From Fimicolochytrium jonesii (taxonomy: Eukaryota): a DNA stretch of 64,000 nt. The notes below the pieces were generated by a model that saw only the letters and a program-made list of their open reading frames with translations, did not search any database and was not told where the DNA came from. The stretch lies in assembly GCF_025526975.1 (NCBI RefSeq), contig NW_026515678.1:372001-436000 (forward strand), given 5' to 3'. This document shows, in pieces, positions 11,736 through 25,598 of the stretch (position 1 is the first letter of the stretch; each line of letters starts with the position of its first letter). The translations under genes were made by a program, and so were the position numbers.

Positions 11736-12649
11736 TGCTGGGTACGCGCAAGCCACATGCTTATATAAGGGTGAAATAGTTGAGGCGTGCGCGCCAAGCC
11801 ACTTTTACACGTCACGCGTCTCGGCATGACATGGATCCCGCCTGGGGTGTTTCTGGGTGGGGGTGAATTTGACAATTGATACTCGAAACGGAGATCCAGA
11901 AGAGACTCCATACTACGTACTTAATGGTAAGATCACAGTCACTTCCATCATCTGAGAGCAATCCATTTGCATAGGAGCAGCAACTTGCATGTGCAGTCCA
12001 AGTTAGGCACTCTTACATAAATTTGGTATCCGTCTCCCTTGGCATATGAACGCCGTTGGAAGGTGTCAGAGAGGGAGGGGTTCCTGTCAATAAGGCGCGC
12101 ACGGAGAGTGGATGGAACGAGCGTCCCGTGGCACAGTCACTGGTCGCCCTTGATTTATGGGGAGAGCAGACTACGCGTCCTTGTGACAATCCTCCACGTA
12201 TCTCCATCCATCGTTTTCCACACACCTCCACCTTTGCAGAAGCAATCCATCTCGTTTCCACACTATCGCTCCACTGCTCTCTGCGTATCTTTCTCAGACG
12301 ACAGGTTGAGCGTAGGAGAACCATCTGAGCAGCGTACATCGATTTTTTTTGTGTCAGCAGTATAGCCGAGACGGAGAAACCGAGCGCCTCGGAAACCTTT
12401 CCAACCTCTTCAACTTGCGAGAACCGCCCTTGATCTCTGCTTTCGTTACAAATCACCCATCATTGACCCCAAACGATAGCTTCATCCGTACACCGCATCC
12501 GGATATATTGGCCAAAATCGAAACGTCGTTGATCTTCTATTCAATACTACTCTGGGAAGGTCGCCACGGCACTGGTCGACACCCATCCTTCTTCCACTTT
12601 TGAAAACCTGCCGAACCCAAGGCGGGTGCACCAACTCACAATCAACATC

Positions 12650-14419
12650 ATGACCGAACCTCTGCTCATCAAAGCGATCTACACCCGCAGCGTCCGGGTC
12701 ATCTCCGTTGATGATCCGCCCGCGGTCGCCGCCAAAGATGCCCTGTTGCGCATGATCGGCGCGCGATTCGGGATCAACGATACGGAGAATGTGAAGCTTG
12801 TTGTTGAGGAGGAGACGGTTGGGAGGAGGGATCAGAAAGTTTTGGGTAGCGATGCGTGAGTGTGAGGTTATGATTGGGAATATTCTGCTGAATCTGACCT
12901 TCTGAACCCTTCGTTATTTCCAGCGAGATCTCCACCTACATTCAAAACGCACAAAGCAGCGGCCGTCCGCTCCGAATCGCCCTCATCGACAGAAACGACG
13001 AGACCGACATGGAGCTGGACGTAGACCGCAAGTCGGACGCGGGCTCCGACAGCTCTACCGAATTCTTCGTCGTCACCGACGAGCATTACGCGCAATCCCT
13101 TCCCGACGGCGACGAAGAAAAGACCCCGGCCGTTGATGAAACTGACGAGTTCGAGCAGCGGGGCAGCGAAATGGTCGTCGTGGTCGAACAGCAGTTGCAT
13201 GTTAATAGCAACCTTTCGGGTGATGAGTCTGCGGTGCTTATGGAGGAGATGAGCCCGGATCATTCGGTGATGGACTTGAATAGGTCCTGCCTTGATATAA
13301 GCAGCGTGGCTTCGTCTGTTGAACATGTTGATGACAACGCTCTTGATGGGGAGGTGAAGGAGGCGGTGATGGAGGATGCGGCGGACGATATGATTTATCG
13401 CATTGGCATTATGCAACTTGCCCCCGAGCGAGTCGACAGCGGGGCCCATTTGGTCGATGCCAAGGCCGAGAAGCCCGAGGAGGTCGAGATCAAAAAGGAG
13501 GAAGAAGATACCGTGGCGGGCGTCAAGAAAGAAGAAGACACCACAGCCGACGACTCCGCATCGTCCCCTCCGCCCAATTCAAATGAAAATCAAGAGACCT
13601 ACGAATCTTTCGTCGGGTCGGTCGAACCCATGATCAACGACCTCTTGACCAAACTCGAGAGCCGCCCGGAGTACATCCCGCGCATGTTGGAGCGATTTGG
13701 GCAATCGTTGCAGACCAGGAACTGGGGGTTGACTATCATCGACGATTCGGGTGCTGTCAACAGTACCCGCACCGTGCGCGGTCGCGATTTCGTTGGACCG
13801 CCGCCGGCCGAGCCTGAAGAAACACCCACCGCAACCTCCTCGTTCCCGGGCGGTCCCAGCACCGCCGCCCACGAGCCCTCACCCACCACCCACCGCCACC
13901 AACCCCCACCCCCTTTCAAATGGCGCAACGTAATCTGCGACGGCTGCGAAACGCGCAACATCTCCGGCCCACGCTTCAAATGCGGCACCTGCCCCGACCT
14001 CGACCTCTGCGAGCGCTGCCACGCGGATAAGGGCGTCGTCGACATGGTGACGGTTACCCACCGCGATCATGAAGATCGCCATGCGTTTGTGAGGTATGAG
14101 GATGATACGGATCTGTGGATTGGGATTACGTGTGATGGGTGTGGGAGGAGGGCGTTTGAGGGGGAGAGGTTTAGGTGTGAGGAGTGTGCTGATTTTGGTA
14201 AGTCAATCCACTCAAAACCTCACAGCCCGTTACCCATTTCACTAAATATAATCAACAGATTTCTGCGCAACCTGCCGCGCAACCGCCCTCCACATCCCCT
14301 GGCACAGCTTCCGCCGTCTGTCCCACCCGTCCGTCCTTCCGCACCGTCGACACAACCGCCGTCACTCACGTCGTTCGTCTGCTACACCGCACCTGACGGC
14401 TTTGCTCAGCTCCGAGTAG
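12650..14419 (+). CDS. PB1-like plus two ZZ zinc fingers, NBR1/p62-like (introns ~12856-12923 and ~14198-14259)
   Basis: N-terminal LLIKAIYTRSVRVISV (PB1-like). ZZ1 WRNVICDGC...RFKCGTCPDLDLCERC. ZZ2 WIGITCDGC...RFRCEECADF, completed after splicing by DFCATC...HIPWHSF. Acidic linker between. Confidence 0.8.
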
Positions 14420-15271
14420 GGGCGTGAGCCGGTGAATATACCCTTCTTCTCGCCGGCCCAGCAACGGAGATCTGTTCAGTTCGATCTATGTGTTCTTCGC
14501 CATTTCTTGTGTCAAGAATCGGATCAGTGTTTCTTTTTGCATTTCTATCAAACGCCTGATATCAACCCTTGGTATCCCGAATCACTTCTCGATGCGCATC
14601 TCAATTTGTACCTCACCAATCTCTCTCTCTCTCAAAAGAAGGGTTGAGGAGAAATGTGGTTCTGTAGTTCCTGTATTTTGTCTCCCGTTTTTTTTTGTAT
14701 CTGAGGCATCTCGAATGTCCCGAAAGCACCCGTCATTTTCATGTTCTGTAAATGTATACCTTCTCTTTGAATGTCATTGGGGTTTTTGGTATCGCATGAT
14801 TTTGGGCGCTTTGTATGGGGGTTTGCACCACAGGCGAGTGCTTGGAATATTCGGTGAAGTCGATGATTCCAAACACCCATTGCACAAAGTTCAGAGGCCA
14901 CATTTCTCACCCGAATCTTGGTCAAATCTCACATTTCATTTGTTTACATAGAAACTCTATATACCAAGGGTGAAGAAAAGAATAACATAAAAAAGTGTGT
15001 TGGCATCGATGAAAGGGGTACGGAGGCAAAGGCGGAGTGGTGTAACGAGGGAGCAAGCTGGAACAAGATTAAGAAAAAGAACTAAACACACAAGTACAAA
15101 GGGGAGGGATCGGGTTGAGACGACAAAATGGGGAAAAGAGTGACGGCTTCCGATTCCCTCCGTTGCGCTCACGGCAGATCCCACACGAGATCAAAAACGC
15201 CCCCGTTTTCCCGAACCGACTTTCTTATGCCTTCCGCAACCTTCCGTGCATTTCAGCTTTGCCTTTTAACT

Positions 15272-16679
15272 CTACTGCTGAGCGCACTGGACTTGTGGGC
15301 CGTGACCCTCGTCCATATCATCTTCACCGCCGCCGTTCATGTGATTCGCGCGCGCGTGTTGTTGCATTGGGTCGACGGCGGAGAGCACGACTTCCTCAAT
15401 TTCTTTGCCCTTGACCGGTTCGACGGGTTTGCGGGGTGGCAGGGCGGCTTCGATCATGGCGAATTTGGACTGGTCGGCCCAATGTGGTTGTGGGAACTCG
15501 AGTTTGAAGGTAACGTACAGGTTGCCCTTGTCGAATGGGCGCTTGTATCTATTAAGTTGGCAGAAGAGTTTCGAGAGAGAGGCATGAGAATTTCCAAATC
15601 CCAACGGCAATCTCAAAACTAGAGCTTGCAGTTGATCTACTTACCCAGGCATACCCTCGCCTGTGATGACCTTTGTATCTCCAGGTTTGATGACTTCTCC
15701 TGGCAGGATGTTGACGAGTAGAACGCGGTCATCGAGGTGGGGAATAGTGAATTGTCCTCCGACCAACGCCGTGGCAAGGTCGATGGTTTGCTCGATGTAA
15801 AGGTCATCGCCCTTACGACTGAATCTGGGGTGCTGTTTTTCCTCGATGACGATGATGACGTCGCCAGGGATGACGCCAGGTGCTTGGTCGCCCTCTCCGG
15901 TGAATGTGATCTTTTGTCCATCAACCATACCCTTGTCGATAAAGACTTCGAGAATCTAGAATTTCATGATCAGAGTGAATACAGGTCGGTATGTGGGTAT
16001 TGCAACCGCAAAACGCTGCGTTTGACTATATGCATACCTTACGCTCGGGCACGATCTTTTTTCCATTACAACCTTTGCAGCGGTCCTTTTCCCGAATGAT
16101 TTCCCCCTCTCCCTGGCACTCGGAACATGTTTGCTGCATTTGTTGAATCATAGGCCCGATTTGCCTCATGATAACCTTGAAACCGCGTCCTTGACAACCA
16201 CCACATTTCTTGACGGCGCCCTCCTTTCCACCCTTCCCATCGCATTTCGGGCAGTTGACCTGCTTTTGCAGCGCAAGCTTTGACACCTTGCCCTTGTACA
16301 GATCTTCCAGCGATACTTTGAGAGCGTGAGCCATGTCCTTTCCTTTGAGTGGACCTTGAGGGCGCTGGCGACCGCCACCTCCACCGAAGAAACCGCCACC
16401 GCCGCCAAAGAGGTGCGAGAAGAGGTCCTCAGGCGACATGCCCGGACCTCCTCCCTCGCCTGACAGACCTTCCTCTCCATAGCGGTCGTACACTTTCCTC
16501 TTATGCTCGTCGGATAGGATTTCGTATGCGTGGGAGATATCCTTGAATTTATCTCCGGCGTCTGGGTTCTTGTCAGGGTGGAACTTTAGTGCGAGCTTGC
16601 GGTACGCCTTTTTCAGATCGGCTTCGGAGGCATCTGGAGAGCACTCTAACAGATCATAGTATTTCGTTTCCTTGACCAT
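15272..16679 (-). CDS. YDJ1: Type I Hsp40/DnaJ co-chaperone (exons 16679-16038, 15955-15645, 15548-15272)
   Basis: [16 protein letters not shown]-domain, G/F-rich region, CxxCxGxG repeats, C-terminal CAAX box CAQQ. Confidence 0.97.
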
Positions 16680-16697
16680 GTTGATCGATAGTGATCT

Positions 16698-17146
16698 CTG
16701 AAAATTGGTTTATGCGACTGGTGAGAACTTTCGGCGATCAGATCAGCCGAGATGGCAGAGTCGAAAACGCGGGTAGGCTTTTCGAGGATAAGAGTTGGTG
16801 CTCAGCGAAACTGTGTTCTGTACTAATGTGCAGCTGTTTGATATGAAACCGAGACTGACAGGTGAGTGCGGATTCTGAGAGTCGCGAAGTTTTCTCCACT
16901 CAGTATTATGCGAATCGTCCGAGGCTCAGTACCCTCGGCTTAACAGAAGATATGATAGCCACCGCCCCACAGCTGCATGCCACGATAACGTATTTGTAAT
17001 CCAACGCGGACCTTCTGCGTGTTTCCCGCACAGGACGCGAATACAACTCCGCCTAACCCTGTGCTGTTGTGCTGAGCAACGGCTCCAGGTGTCGGAGATC
17101 ACTCGTCTACGAGGAAGGAGGGGGAGGCGAGGACAGTGACACTTAC
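16698..17146 (-). other. Probable 5'UTR intron of YDJ1
   Basis: Donor GTAAGT at 17146 and acceptor ttttcAG 18 nt before the ATG. Confidence 0.45.
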
Positions 17147-20100
17147 GTTGACTTTCCGTGATATGCAACGACTGTCGATGCGCCCTTGAGGTTTGCTTTG
17201 TGTATTCGCGGGAGTCCAGCGAGGTTTTAGGGCCCAGCCTGGTACTTTATGGTGCGAAGAAAAGCTGTTTGAGGAATATGTGCTGCTGCTTAGAAGACTT
17301 GCGATTGATTCGTGCCTCTGCGCTGTCCGGGCATTTAATTATTTATCTCGCATTTCAGTGATGAGAGAAGACTGCCGGTTCTAAACATGTCGCTAATCAA
17401 TCTCCAATCATCCCTATCATCCGTCATTTAGCGACGGCCACATTCACATGTCTCAAACTAAGTCGTCCTTTCCCAAGGAAACTCGCCGGCCCCCACCTCT
17501 GCCTATTCCATATATCAGGTAGTCGCTCAAATTCCTAGCGCGTAAGGACATAAGGTACAGAAGGCGGCAGAAGAGCCTGGAAGTGCACGGAGCCACAGAG
17601 ACGACGGAGTTGCGGGGAAAGCAGACGGTTCACCCACAACAGTCCCTTTGCAGAGCAGCACGCAGCACACAAAAGCATTGCACTCCGTCTCATGCAGCGA
17701 GCAACGTCGTCCAAGTCGGTGAACCAAAATATGCCTCGGCCAAACCAGGCCCCAGTGCGGCAGTAAAAAACGCAAAGGGGCCAAACTTACACCAGGCTCT
17801 GCTTTGCTTTTCCGTCACGTCAACTGATAAAACCCTAGGAAGCCTGATGAAAAATGCAGGATTCCTGGGGTCAGAAATGAATTATCGTAGTGCGGGGCGT
17901 TTGTGTCATGCTGTAATGCGGAACACAGTTCCGATGGGAAAATGTGCGTCGGCAGCTGAAATCCTTGCCTCTGGGAACCCCAAACGGTTCCATACCTCGG
18001 TGTGCTCGGAGCAAGTGGAGATACTATCCTCGCAGGAGACTCTGAGCAGACCGGAAGTAACCGTGATTAGGCACCTGGAGGATGCTTGGTCGCATGGCGG
18101 ACTTGGGGCAGCGCAAGAAAGCAAGATGTCTCCAAGGCTTCGAAAGCGGTGCACGGGGATGGCTTGATCACGTGCCTTCCACGTGACCACCCTCGCGATC
18201 AAAATCCAAAACCGCTCTCGCAGCAGCCATTCGGTTTTCCCAGCAGATGTTGCGCCGACATCAACCTGGAACATCCCATCCGCTTTTCCGTTAAGATCTG
18301 AGAGCAGGCTCGCTCACCGTGGACAATCACTCACGAACATTGCATTGTGCGATCTGTCTGCCGTGAGACTTTACTCTCAAAATTATGCTCTAGGCTCTAT
18401 ATCCACTCGCATCCGTGTTTCTTCCGTCGTGTTTATCTCCGTTGCGCCAGGAAGCAGACAAGGGTGCGTATATTCACTCATGCCCAATTCGTCTCTCGTG
18501 AAGTGATCCGATGCTTTGCGGTAAGCCCACCCTTCCTGATTCATTAGAAGCGGTGGGTTGCGAGATTCCGGTGTACATACATACAATACATTCGATTAGC
18601 TGGCCAGTGAATTGGGACCACGGATGTGACGAGAGTGACGAGGGATAGCTCAAATGCCGTCCTTCTTGTTCCCCCGCCATTTTCTCGTATGAAATGAATC
18701 CTTAGATCTAGAAATCAGAGGTGACGGTGATCTTCATCATTGGATTGGGCAGATGTCGATATTAGCCCCTTCCTTCCCAGCGCCAAATTTTGGAGTGCTC
18801 AGTTGAACGAGCGAACGAAGGCTTGATGACGTCTCCGTCCGAATCCAAATTGAGAATGTTTGTATCGTCAGGGACGGAAGTTCTCTTTCGACCTTCTTCA
18901 TCCCTCTCCATCATCCGCCACAAGGGCTTGGATGAGCCGGGCCTTTCCAGTTTGAGAGACCATCAGATGGACAGCAGACTGGCACAACGCACTGTAGCAC
19001 GGCAGCTCATCAACCGGGAAACCATCCCTCATCTAGATTTGCAGCATCTTGATGACCACTCGCATAGCATCTTTAGCCGGGATTGTTTTGGCGAAAGCAA
19101 CATGTTTTCGCCTAAAGCATATAGCACACTGTGTAGCTATTGGTAAATGCTGTGCGCATACCGAATAATGTCCACCGATGAGAGCAAGAGCGAGGTCCGA
19201 CAAGATGCCACCACGCCACTTCCCGCCATCTCCGCTCTCACATAACCACCAATGGGGTTTTATCTTCAGCCCGTCGACGCCTTCAGACACCTCTCGAACA
19301 ATCACTTCAAATTTTCCAAGCGGGAAGCATCCTCGATTCCTTAGCTCGTGACGCCCTTCCCTGTTCCCGCCAGGCCTGCGCTGCGAGGAAGGCTCGCCGT
19401 CCCGCGCACGTTCCGAAATTTTTCCTGCCTGGCTTTCTACTCGATGTTCTCCGCCCACCCTCATGTGACCCCTATGTATCTATGATGTACTGTAAACGGG
19501 ACATGTGCCACTGCCGGGTGGCTATCATGTCGTTCATGCCGATACCCATATGCCAAGCGAATATCTTGTACATACATATGTATATGCACATAGATATGTA
19601 CATACTGACACTGACTGTACTGGACACTGGAGCATCGCAACCTGAGGGCTGGTGGCGTTTCGTGAATTCAAATGTCCGAGGGCCATTTCCTAATATCGAG
19701 CTGTTCCGACGCAGCCCATTTGCAAATCATTTTCCCCATCATTGCACGCAGAGTTCCCCCCAGTGTCATCACCCGCCCCGTGCTGAAAACGTTCCATGAA
19801 CGACTTCTGAAAATCTTGGCGCCAACATCGCATGCCAGTGATGCCAAAGCGAAAGGGACGTCCATCCCGATCGCCGCGGAGCAGCCCGATAAGGTTTCCC
19901 GAGAGACTCCAAAGAAAGATGTACCTATCCATCAGATGGCATTTCCGCCAGATGCGCCGATGGAAATGTGGGGTTATGGCCACCTTTGGCAATGTGGAAA
20001 GGAGCGATGAGGGAGGCAGGTGTGGCTTGAGAAGCGGAGATGGGGAGCAGAGGTGGTTACATTGGGTGGCGAGCATGAAGCATGGAAGTTAGGTGAGCCA

Positions 20101-20958
20101 TGAAATTCTGAATTTCTGATGTCCGAGGAATGCCAGATTCTAGCTCCGTCTTTGGTCAAACCGGACGGCTCCGCGGGACTTGTCTCAATCGTCATCCCGT
20201 CAATCCATCCGTCCGAAACATTCCCAACGCGTCCGCGGCCCCGAAACCACGGCGCCGTGGTTACGGTTGTATCTCCCCACCCAAAGCCTCCCTCTCTGGG
20301 ACAGACATGTGGGATATCTCTGCGATCGAAACTGTCTGTGATCTGCCGAATTTTTGTTTGGAGGATCCTGGCATGGCGGGGAGGCGGGTGTGCAGAATCT
20401 GCAGATGCAGAGGTCAAGGCACCAGTGATGTGATGTGATAGGGCGGGAATGGAGGGCGGGTTTGAAGTCCGAGAAAGTTGGTTGGACGCGACGTGCGCAC
20501 AGTCTCCTTCCCTTGCATGTGCATTGTGCGTTGGGGAAAAGGGAGAAAAAAAGTCTTGTGCGCTGTCGGACTTTTGAAAGCTGACGCGCGGAGTTGCGCA
20601 CTCCACATGACGATGAACGAATAGCATCTCAGTCTCAGATCACACGAACTCCGCTTTCCAATGCCAGAATTTTTTTTGAGCACATTTCTATTGAACCACT
20701 TCTTCATACGCGAGAGTCAATCCCAAGAAATGAGGAGTGGAAACCAAACGTCTATTATATCTACGTGTTCAGATGAGGTCGTTCAACCAAGGGAAGTCCG
20801 GGTCCAGCCCAGGCATAGGGGGCAAAGCACAAGGCTTAGGAGGTTCGAGTGAAAGATTAATGATATGATGTGGTAAATTATGGGTGTCTATGTGAGTCTG
20901 TAGTAAAGGTATCTAAAGGGATGTACATGAAGATGGCACACTGTATGATGTGACGCTT

Positions 20959-22356
20959 CTAGAATGAGGGCACGCCGAGCTCGAACGGGTCTATTGGTGA
21001 TGAGGTCTCGAGGTCGTCGTCGGATTCGGGCCATTGCGAGTCGATTGGTTGTTGCTGCTCGGCGTCCGCGTCTGCTTCTGGGACGGCGTCCGCATCCGAG
21101 GTGGGGCTGGCAGGCTCTTCCATGCCCGGAACACTCAATCCCATTGCAATCAGCTTCTCATCGCATCCCCACTTGACGATATGCCTGCTCAGGGCATCAT
21201 GTCGGGAAAACACCTTCGCGCACGCCTCGCACTTGAACGGGCGGATACCGAGGTGGATACGCGTATGCCTCTTCAGGTCGTGTTTGCGGGAGAAGGAGGC
21301 GACGCACAACTCGCAGTGGAAAGGTTTGGGATATGCGGATGGGGAGGCTGTGCGGGTGGATGTGGCGCGGACGGGAGCGATCTTGATGCCGTTGAGTTCG
21401 GAGACGGTGAGTGGGAGGACGTTTTGGCCGTTAACTTTTTCGCATTTGGGCTTAGGCGATTTTGGAGCGGTGCAGTCCTCGGATGAGGAGGGAGAGGTGT
21501 CTTTCCGCTTCTTGACCTGCTTAGTGCGTTTTGTTGCGGTTTTCTTGGATTTTGGTGCTGGGGGTTCGGGAGCAGCAGCAGATTCGGAGGCGGTGGTGGT
21601 GGGGATGGCAGCGTCGACTGGGGAGGATGGGACGACGATGGGTTCTACGATGTGCTCGTCGCCGACTTGGAGGTTGGCCATGGGCGCGACTGGGTAGTAT
21701 GATGGGTGGTAAGGGAATCCGCTGAATGCGGCGTCTACCGGGGACTGCTTCATCGCCATCTGCTGGTCGTAAGACATTCCTTGGTACGCTGGGGATGGCG
21801 GTGGGGTGTCAGGCAGCCGAGCGCTCATCAGTGGCGACGATGAGTCCGAATCGGAGGCGCATTGGGAGGATGAGATGGAGGAAACGCTCATGCTGCGTTC
21901 GTCGATCTGGGTGCGGCCAGAGAGCATGGCACCGGACACGACGCCGTACATGTCAAACTCAGCCTCTTCCATCGGTGTAAGCAGGCCGGACGCGGCGCTG
22001 GCCCATGCAGGCACCAGCGTTCTCTGTTCCTCAGCCAGGTCCATCGTTGCCCAGGGCCATGCATCGTTAGAAGCTGTCACGGACTGGGTGTCGCGGAAGG
22101 ACTTGTCGACAAAGATGCCGGTCACGGGCTGCTCCTCGTAGGCGTAGAGGAGATGCTCCATTCGCTGGGTATGCGCCGTCGAGTCGTTGGATTTCAAGTC
22201 GGGGATGGAAATGCATGGCGATGATGGGGATGCAAGTGATGCAGAGGATGGTGCGTCGAGGTGGTCGCCCCATTGGAGGAAACCGTCGGCAGGGAAAGCG
22301 GAGAAGAAGTCGAGGTCGCTGAACGCCCCGCTCTCAAAGGACGGTGTTTGCATCAT
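20959..22356 (-). CDS. C2H2 zinc-finger transcription factor (two fingers)
   Basis: FHCELCVASFSRKHDLKRHTRIH-LGIRPF-KCEACAKVFSRHDALSRH, acidic N-terminal region, basic NLS-like stretch. Confidence 0.92.
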   Translation of the reverse strand: MMQTPSFESGAFSDLDFFSAFPADGFLQWGDHLDAPSSASLASPSSPCISIPDLKSNDSTAHTQRMEHLLYAYEEQPVTGIFVDKSFRDTQSVTASNDAWPWATMDLAEEQRTLVPAWASAASGLLTPMEEAEFDMYGVVSGAMLSGRTQIDERSMSVSSISSSQCASDSDSSSPLMSARLPDTPPPSPAYQGMSYDQQMAMKQSPVDAAFSGFPYHPSYYPVAPMANLQVGDEHIVEPIVVPSSPVDAAIPTTTASESAAAPEPPAPKSKKTATKRTKQVKKRKDTSPSSSEDCTAPKSPKPKCEKVNGQNVLPLTVSELNGIKIAPVRATSTRTASPSAYPKPFHCELCVASFSRKHDLKRHTRIHLGIRPFKCEACAKVFSRHDALSRHIVKWGCDEKLIAMGLSVPGMEEPASPTSDADAVPEADADAEQQQPIDSQWPESDDDLETSSPIDPFELGVPSF

Positions 22357-23032
22357 CGTGGATGTGTGATGTCTCTGTAATACTAGCGATAGAGTAGGAT
22401 GCAGGCTGACGTTGATGCAGACAGGTGGTGGCGAGAGATGTATAGTAGGTTGGAAAGGTCCGGGGGGGGGGAATGAGCCTCACCGCTTCCTTTAAATTCA
22501 GATCTGCGCCGGTTTCTAGAAAGTCTGGGTATCATAGCGATTCTATTTAACGTTTCATGGGAAGCTTGTCTAGTTGCACTAGGCATACCACAGCCCAGTT
22601 GGGTTCGTTAGATTCCAGCAGAGCCGAGGCAAGGCTTTCAGGCCATCAACACCGACCTGCCATCACATCACGCTGCGCTTTCTGGGTGTGAGGCAGCGAG
22701 CAGGGAGGGATGGAGCGCCGAGAGTGGACATGGCCGAGTTGTGGCTTTTGGGGCGTGCGCAATATGCTATTTTGCAGGCTCATTTCGGGAAACGAGGCGA
22801 GAAAACCTGCACTCCGACCCATTACATTTCTTATTGCTGATGATATCTCTTATTGCGCAGAGCGCGTTCGGTTTGCGCTGGTACCGGGCGTGCGTTCCGC
22901 ATTTGCCTGTTTCCGTGGGGAGTTGCTGATGCCCGTCAATCTCACTCCGCCCATTCTTTCCAGCAAGCGATCAAACGCGCCGGGAATTGGTTCACGCGCA
23001 CATGGGTGGCCCCTTACCGCGCCCCAGGTTCT

Positions 23033-23053
23033 CCCCCCCCCCCCCCCCCCCCC
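23033..23053. repeat. Poly(C)21 tract upstream of the C2H2 TF
   Basis: Homopolymer run seen directly. Confidence 0.95.
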
Positions 23054-25472
23054 TTCATCACTCCCAGGCTGGCTGTCCCATTGAACAAGCGAATAACCAA
23101 AACAGCGATAGATTGGGCGTCAGCTCCGGGCTGTATCCCCCCTCCTCGCCAATGATAGTGAAACCGCCACCGCCCCAACAAGGCAGTCCTTCGTCTCTCG
23201 GTCGTTCTCGAAGGTGCGTGGATACGGCGAGATTGTCGCAGTTTGGAAGGCGGGGAGTCTGGTATCTCTTCTCCAACGGGATTGGCGATTGGAGGTTTGA
23301 GGGGCAAAGGATGCAGCTGCGGGTATCATTATCGTCAATTTCAAAACGATAAAATTTCGTTTCATGGATTTGCTCACGCGGATACCATGCTTTTCATTGT
23401 GATCGAAAAGAAAAGGGAGGGTCGGTAACTATGTAGTATATAGGGCTTGTTTGGCGCTGGATCAGGATCAGCTTCCAAAGAGCACAGCCTCGGACGGTCG
23501 GAGTCGACCCTTCGTATAATCGTGAGCGGGATCTGGGGCTCCAACTGGGCGCAATGAAATGGGAACTCAATCTTGCGATCGTGTGGACAAATTTGTTGGT
23601 TCGCCGTTGCTATTTGGGCACCGGTTCTTGCACCAAAAACAATCTCCATGGCTTTTTTGTTGATCATCAATGTCGACGCGTTCTCGGGTCTCCCCAGAAC
23701 CAGGTTTCGCACATTGACAGTACTGGCAGGATTGCCGGTACCAACAGCACTCAAAATAATATCACGAACGCCACGGGCGAAAAGTTTTAGTCCACGTAGG
23801 CGTCGTTCGCGGCTATTTTAATAGACTGCGGATCACACGCACGCATGGAAAGCGCAGAAACGTACGCGACATCCCAACCAGTACCGGAGGTCTACGGGCA
23901 AATGTGCTGGCCTCGTACGCTTACGGCTATCAACGCCAATATTAGCGCACGCATGGCGTTGAAATGAACCAAAAAGCCCTGGTAGACGGTAGCTTCCCTT
24001 CTCGCCATCACCAGGGGCGCGACATTGGCGCCGTTGGACAGTTTTACCCCACACCGTGACGCTCCGCCGACCAAAGGAAAATACATCGAAGCTCGTAATA
24101 AGCAAAAATTGTAGGCATTGCGTCGTGGAATACTAGTATGCACGTCGAAGATGGTGCTTCTTTGACGATGCAACGCGAAACCCACCGCAATACGACAACC
24201 TCCGGTGAAGAAAAGATATACAACGGAGGTGCAGGAAGAGACGGGAGAAAATGCCCAATAGCTTTCCTATTTTCCATGGAAAATGCATGGGCAAAAAATA
24301 TCGTACAGGCAGCCCCAAGTAATCCTGAAATGAAGATGCCCATTGTCCAGAGCCCGCCATCCTTCTCGCCAGAAAAAACTCCTTCAGTGTCTTTACGCCT
24401 CATCCGAGAACGTGTGACGATGCACAGAAACGCCCAGCCAAGGTCTCCGCCCCCGGGCGTCGGGCAGTGTGACAGTTCAAGGGATTGTGGAGTAGAGCGC
24501 GAAAAGCACATCAGACGGGATCGACACGTTGTGGCTCTGCAAGGTGGGCTCTACAGTAGTAAGTACAGTAGGGCTGGGTTGTGACTTCGGTTCTGAAAGG
24601 TGTACAGTACACCTCACGGTCGGGATCCGGAGCAGGTGTATGCGAATCACAAGGAAAGCGCAGTGCCGCCTCATTCGGAGTCGAGTCTCAGAAACCAGCC
24701 TTCATTTCCAGCGTCGATGAAAGCAACGAAAGCCCCGCCTGGCAACACGTTGTCCAGATGTTACCCGAAGAGTTGAGCTCGCTGAAACAACAGATAGTTT
24801 GGACTTCGCTTGTTCCGGTGTACCTCAATGCGTGGAGGGCGTTGCAACAAGGTGTCATCGTTCTAAGGCCCCATTGCGCAATAGCAAATGCCGGACGTGC
24901 CGAAGGTGCTGGCAATACCGTCCGGGTACACGCATGATAGTATATATTTTACGTATACTTATGCGGGATCATACGCAGATGTATGAAGAGACTCTTGCGC
25001 CACATTTTTGGGCCACTCTGTATGTATGCGATAGGCAGGTATGGAAATGGCTCCCTCGTTTTGGGGCCATTTTTACAATTTACAGCTGATTTACAGACCC
25101 ATACCGCGGCAAATTTAGCCCAAACCGTCATCGCGACGTCTAATCGTTCATTTTGATATCATATCCGGACGTGTTCCCTTGGAGAGGGCAATAAAAACTG
25201 TCTTGTGATTATCGACGCCAAACGAGGCGTGCCTTCGTCCGACATGGGTGCTTTCGCCCGATGGGCTATGCGCGTTGGGGAGATTTCCCGGGCTGCGCGC
25301 GAGAAGGGGAGGCGGAGACCTTCCTATCCAGAAAGGCAGCTGCATTACAGTATGGGGTTCCAGAGCCTGCGAGATCCGCAGTAACCTATGATATCTATCT
25401 AGACAGAGCAGCCGACTCGGCAGGAAATATGCCCTCCAATCCACTCGCTCTATTACACCCGACAAGAACCCT

Positions 25473-25598
25473 TGGGCGTTTCTCGGAGGTGGTTGGCCCT
25501 GTCCCCACCGCTTACAACGTATAGTCCCATCCCTGGGCGCTTGTCGGAGGTGGTTGGCCCTGTCCCCACCGCTCACAACGTATGTATAGTCCCATCCC
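25473..25598. repeat. Imperfect ~61-bp tandem duplication
   Basis: tgggcg..tcggaggtggttggccctgtccccaccgc.acaacgtatagtcccatccc twice; the second copy carries an extra TATG. Confidence 0.9.

Noticed and set aside
17200..20900. Several 100-200-aa ORFs between YDJ1 and the C2H2 TF
   Set aside because: No recognisable motifs, codon bias or consistent splice structure; may be decayed relics but not supportable.
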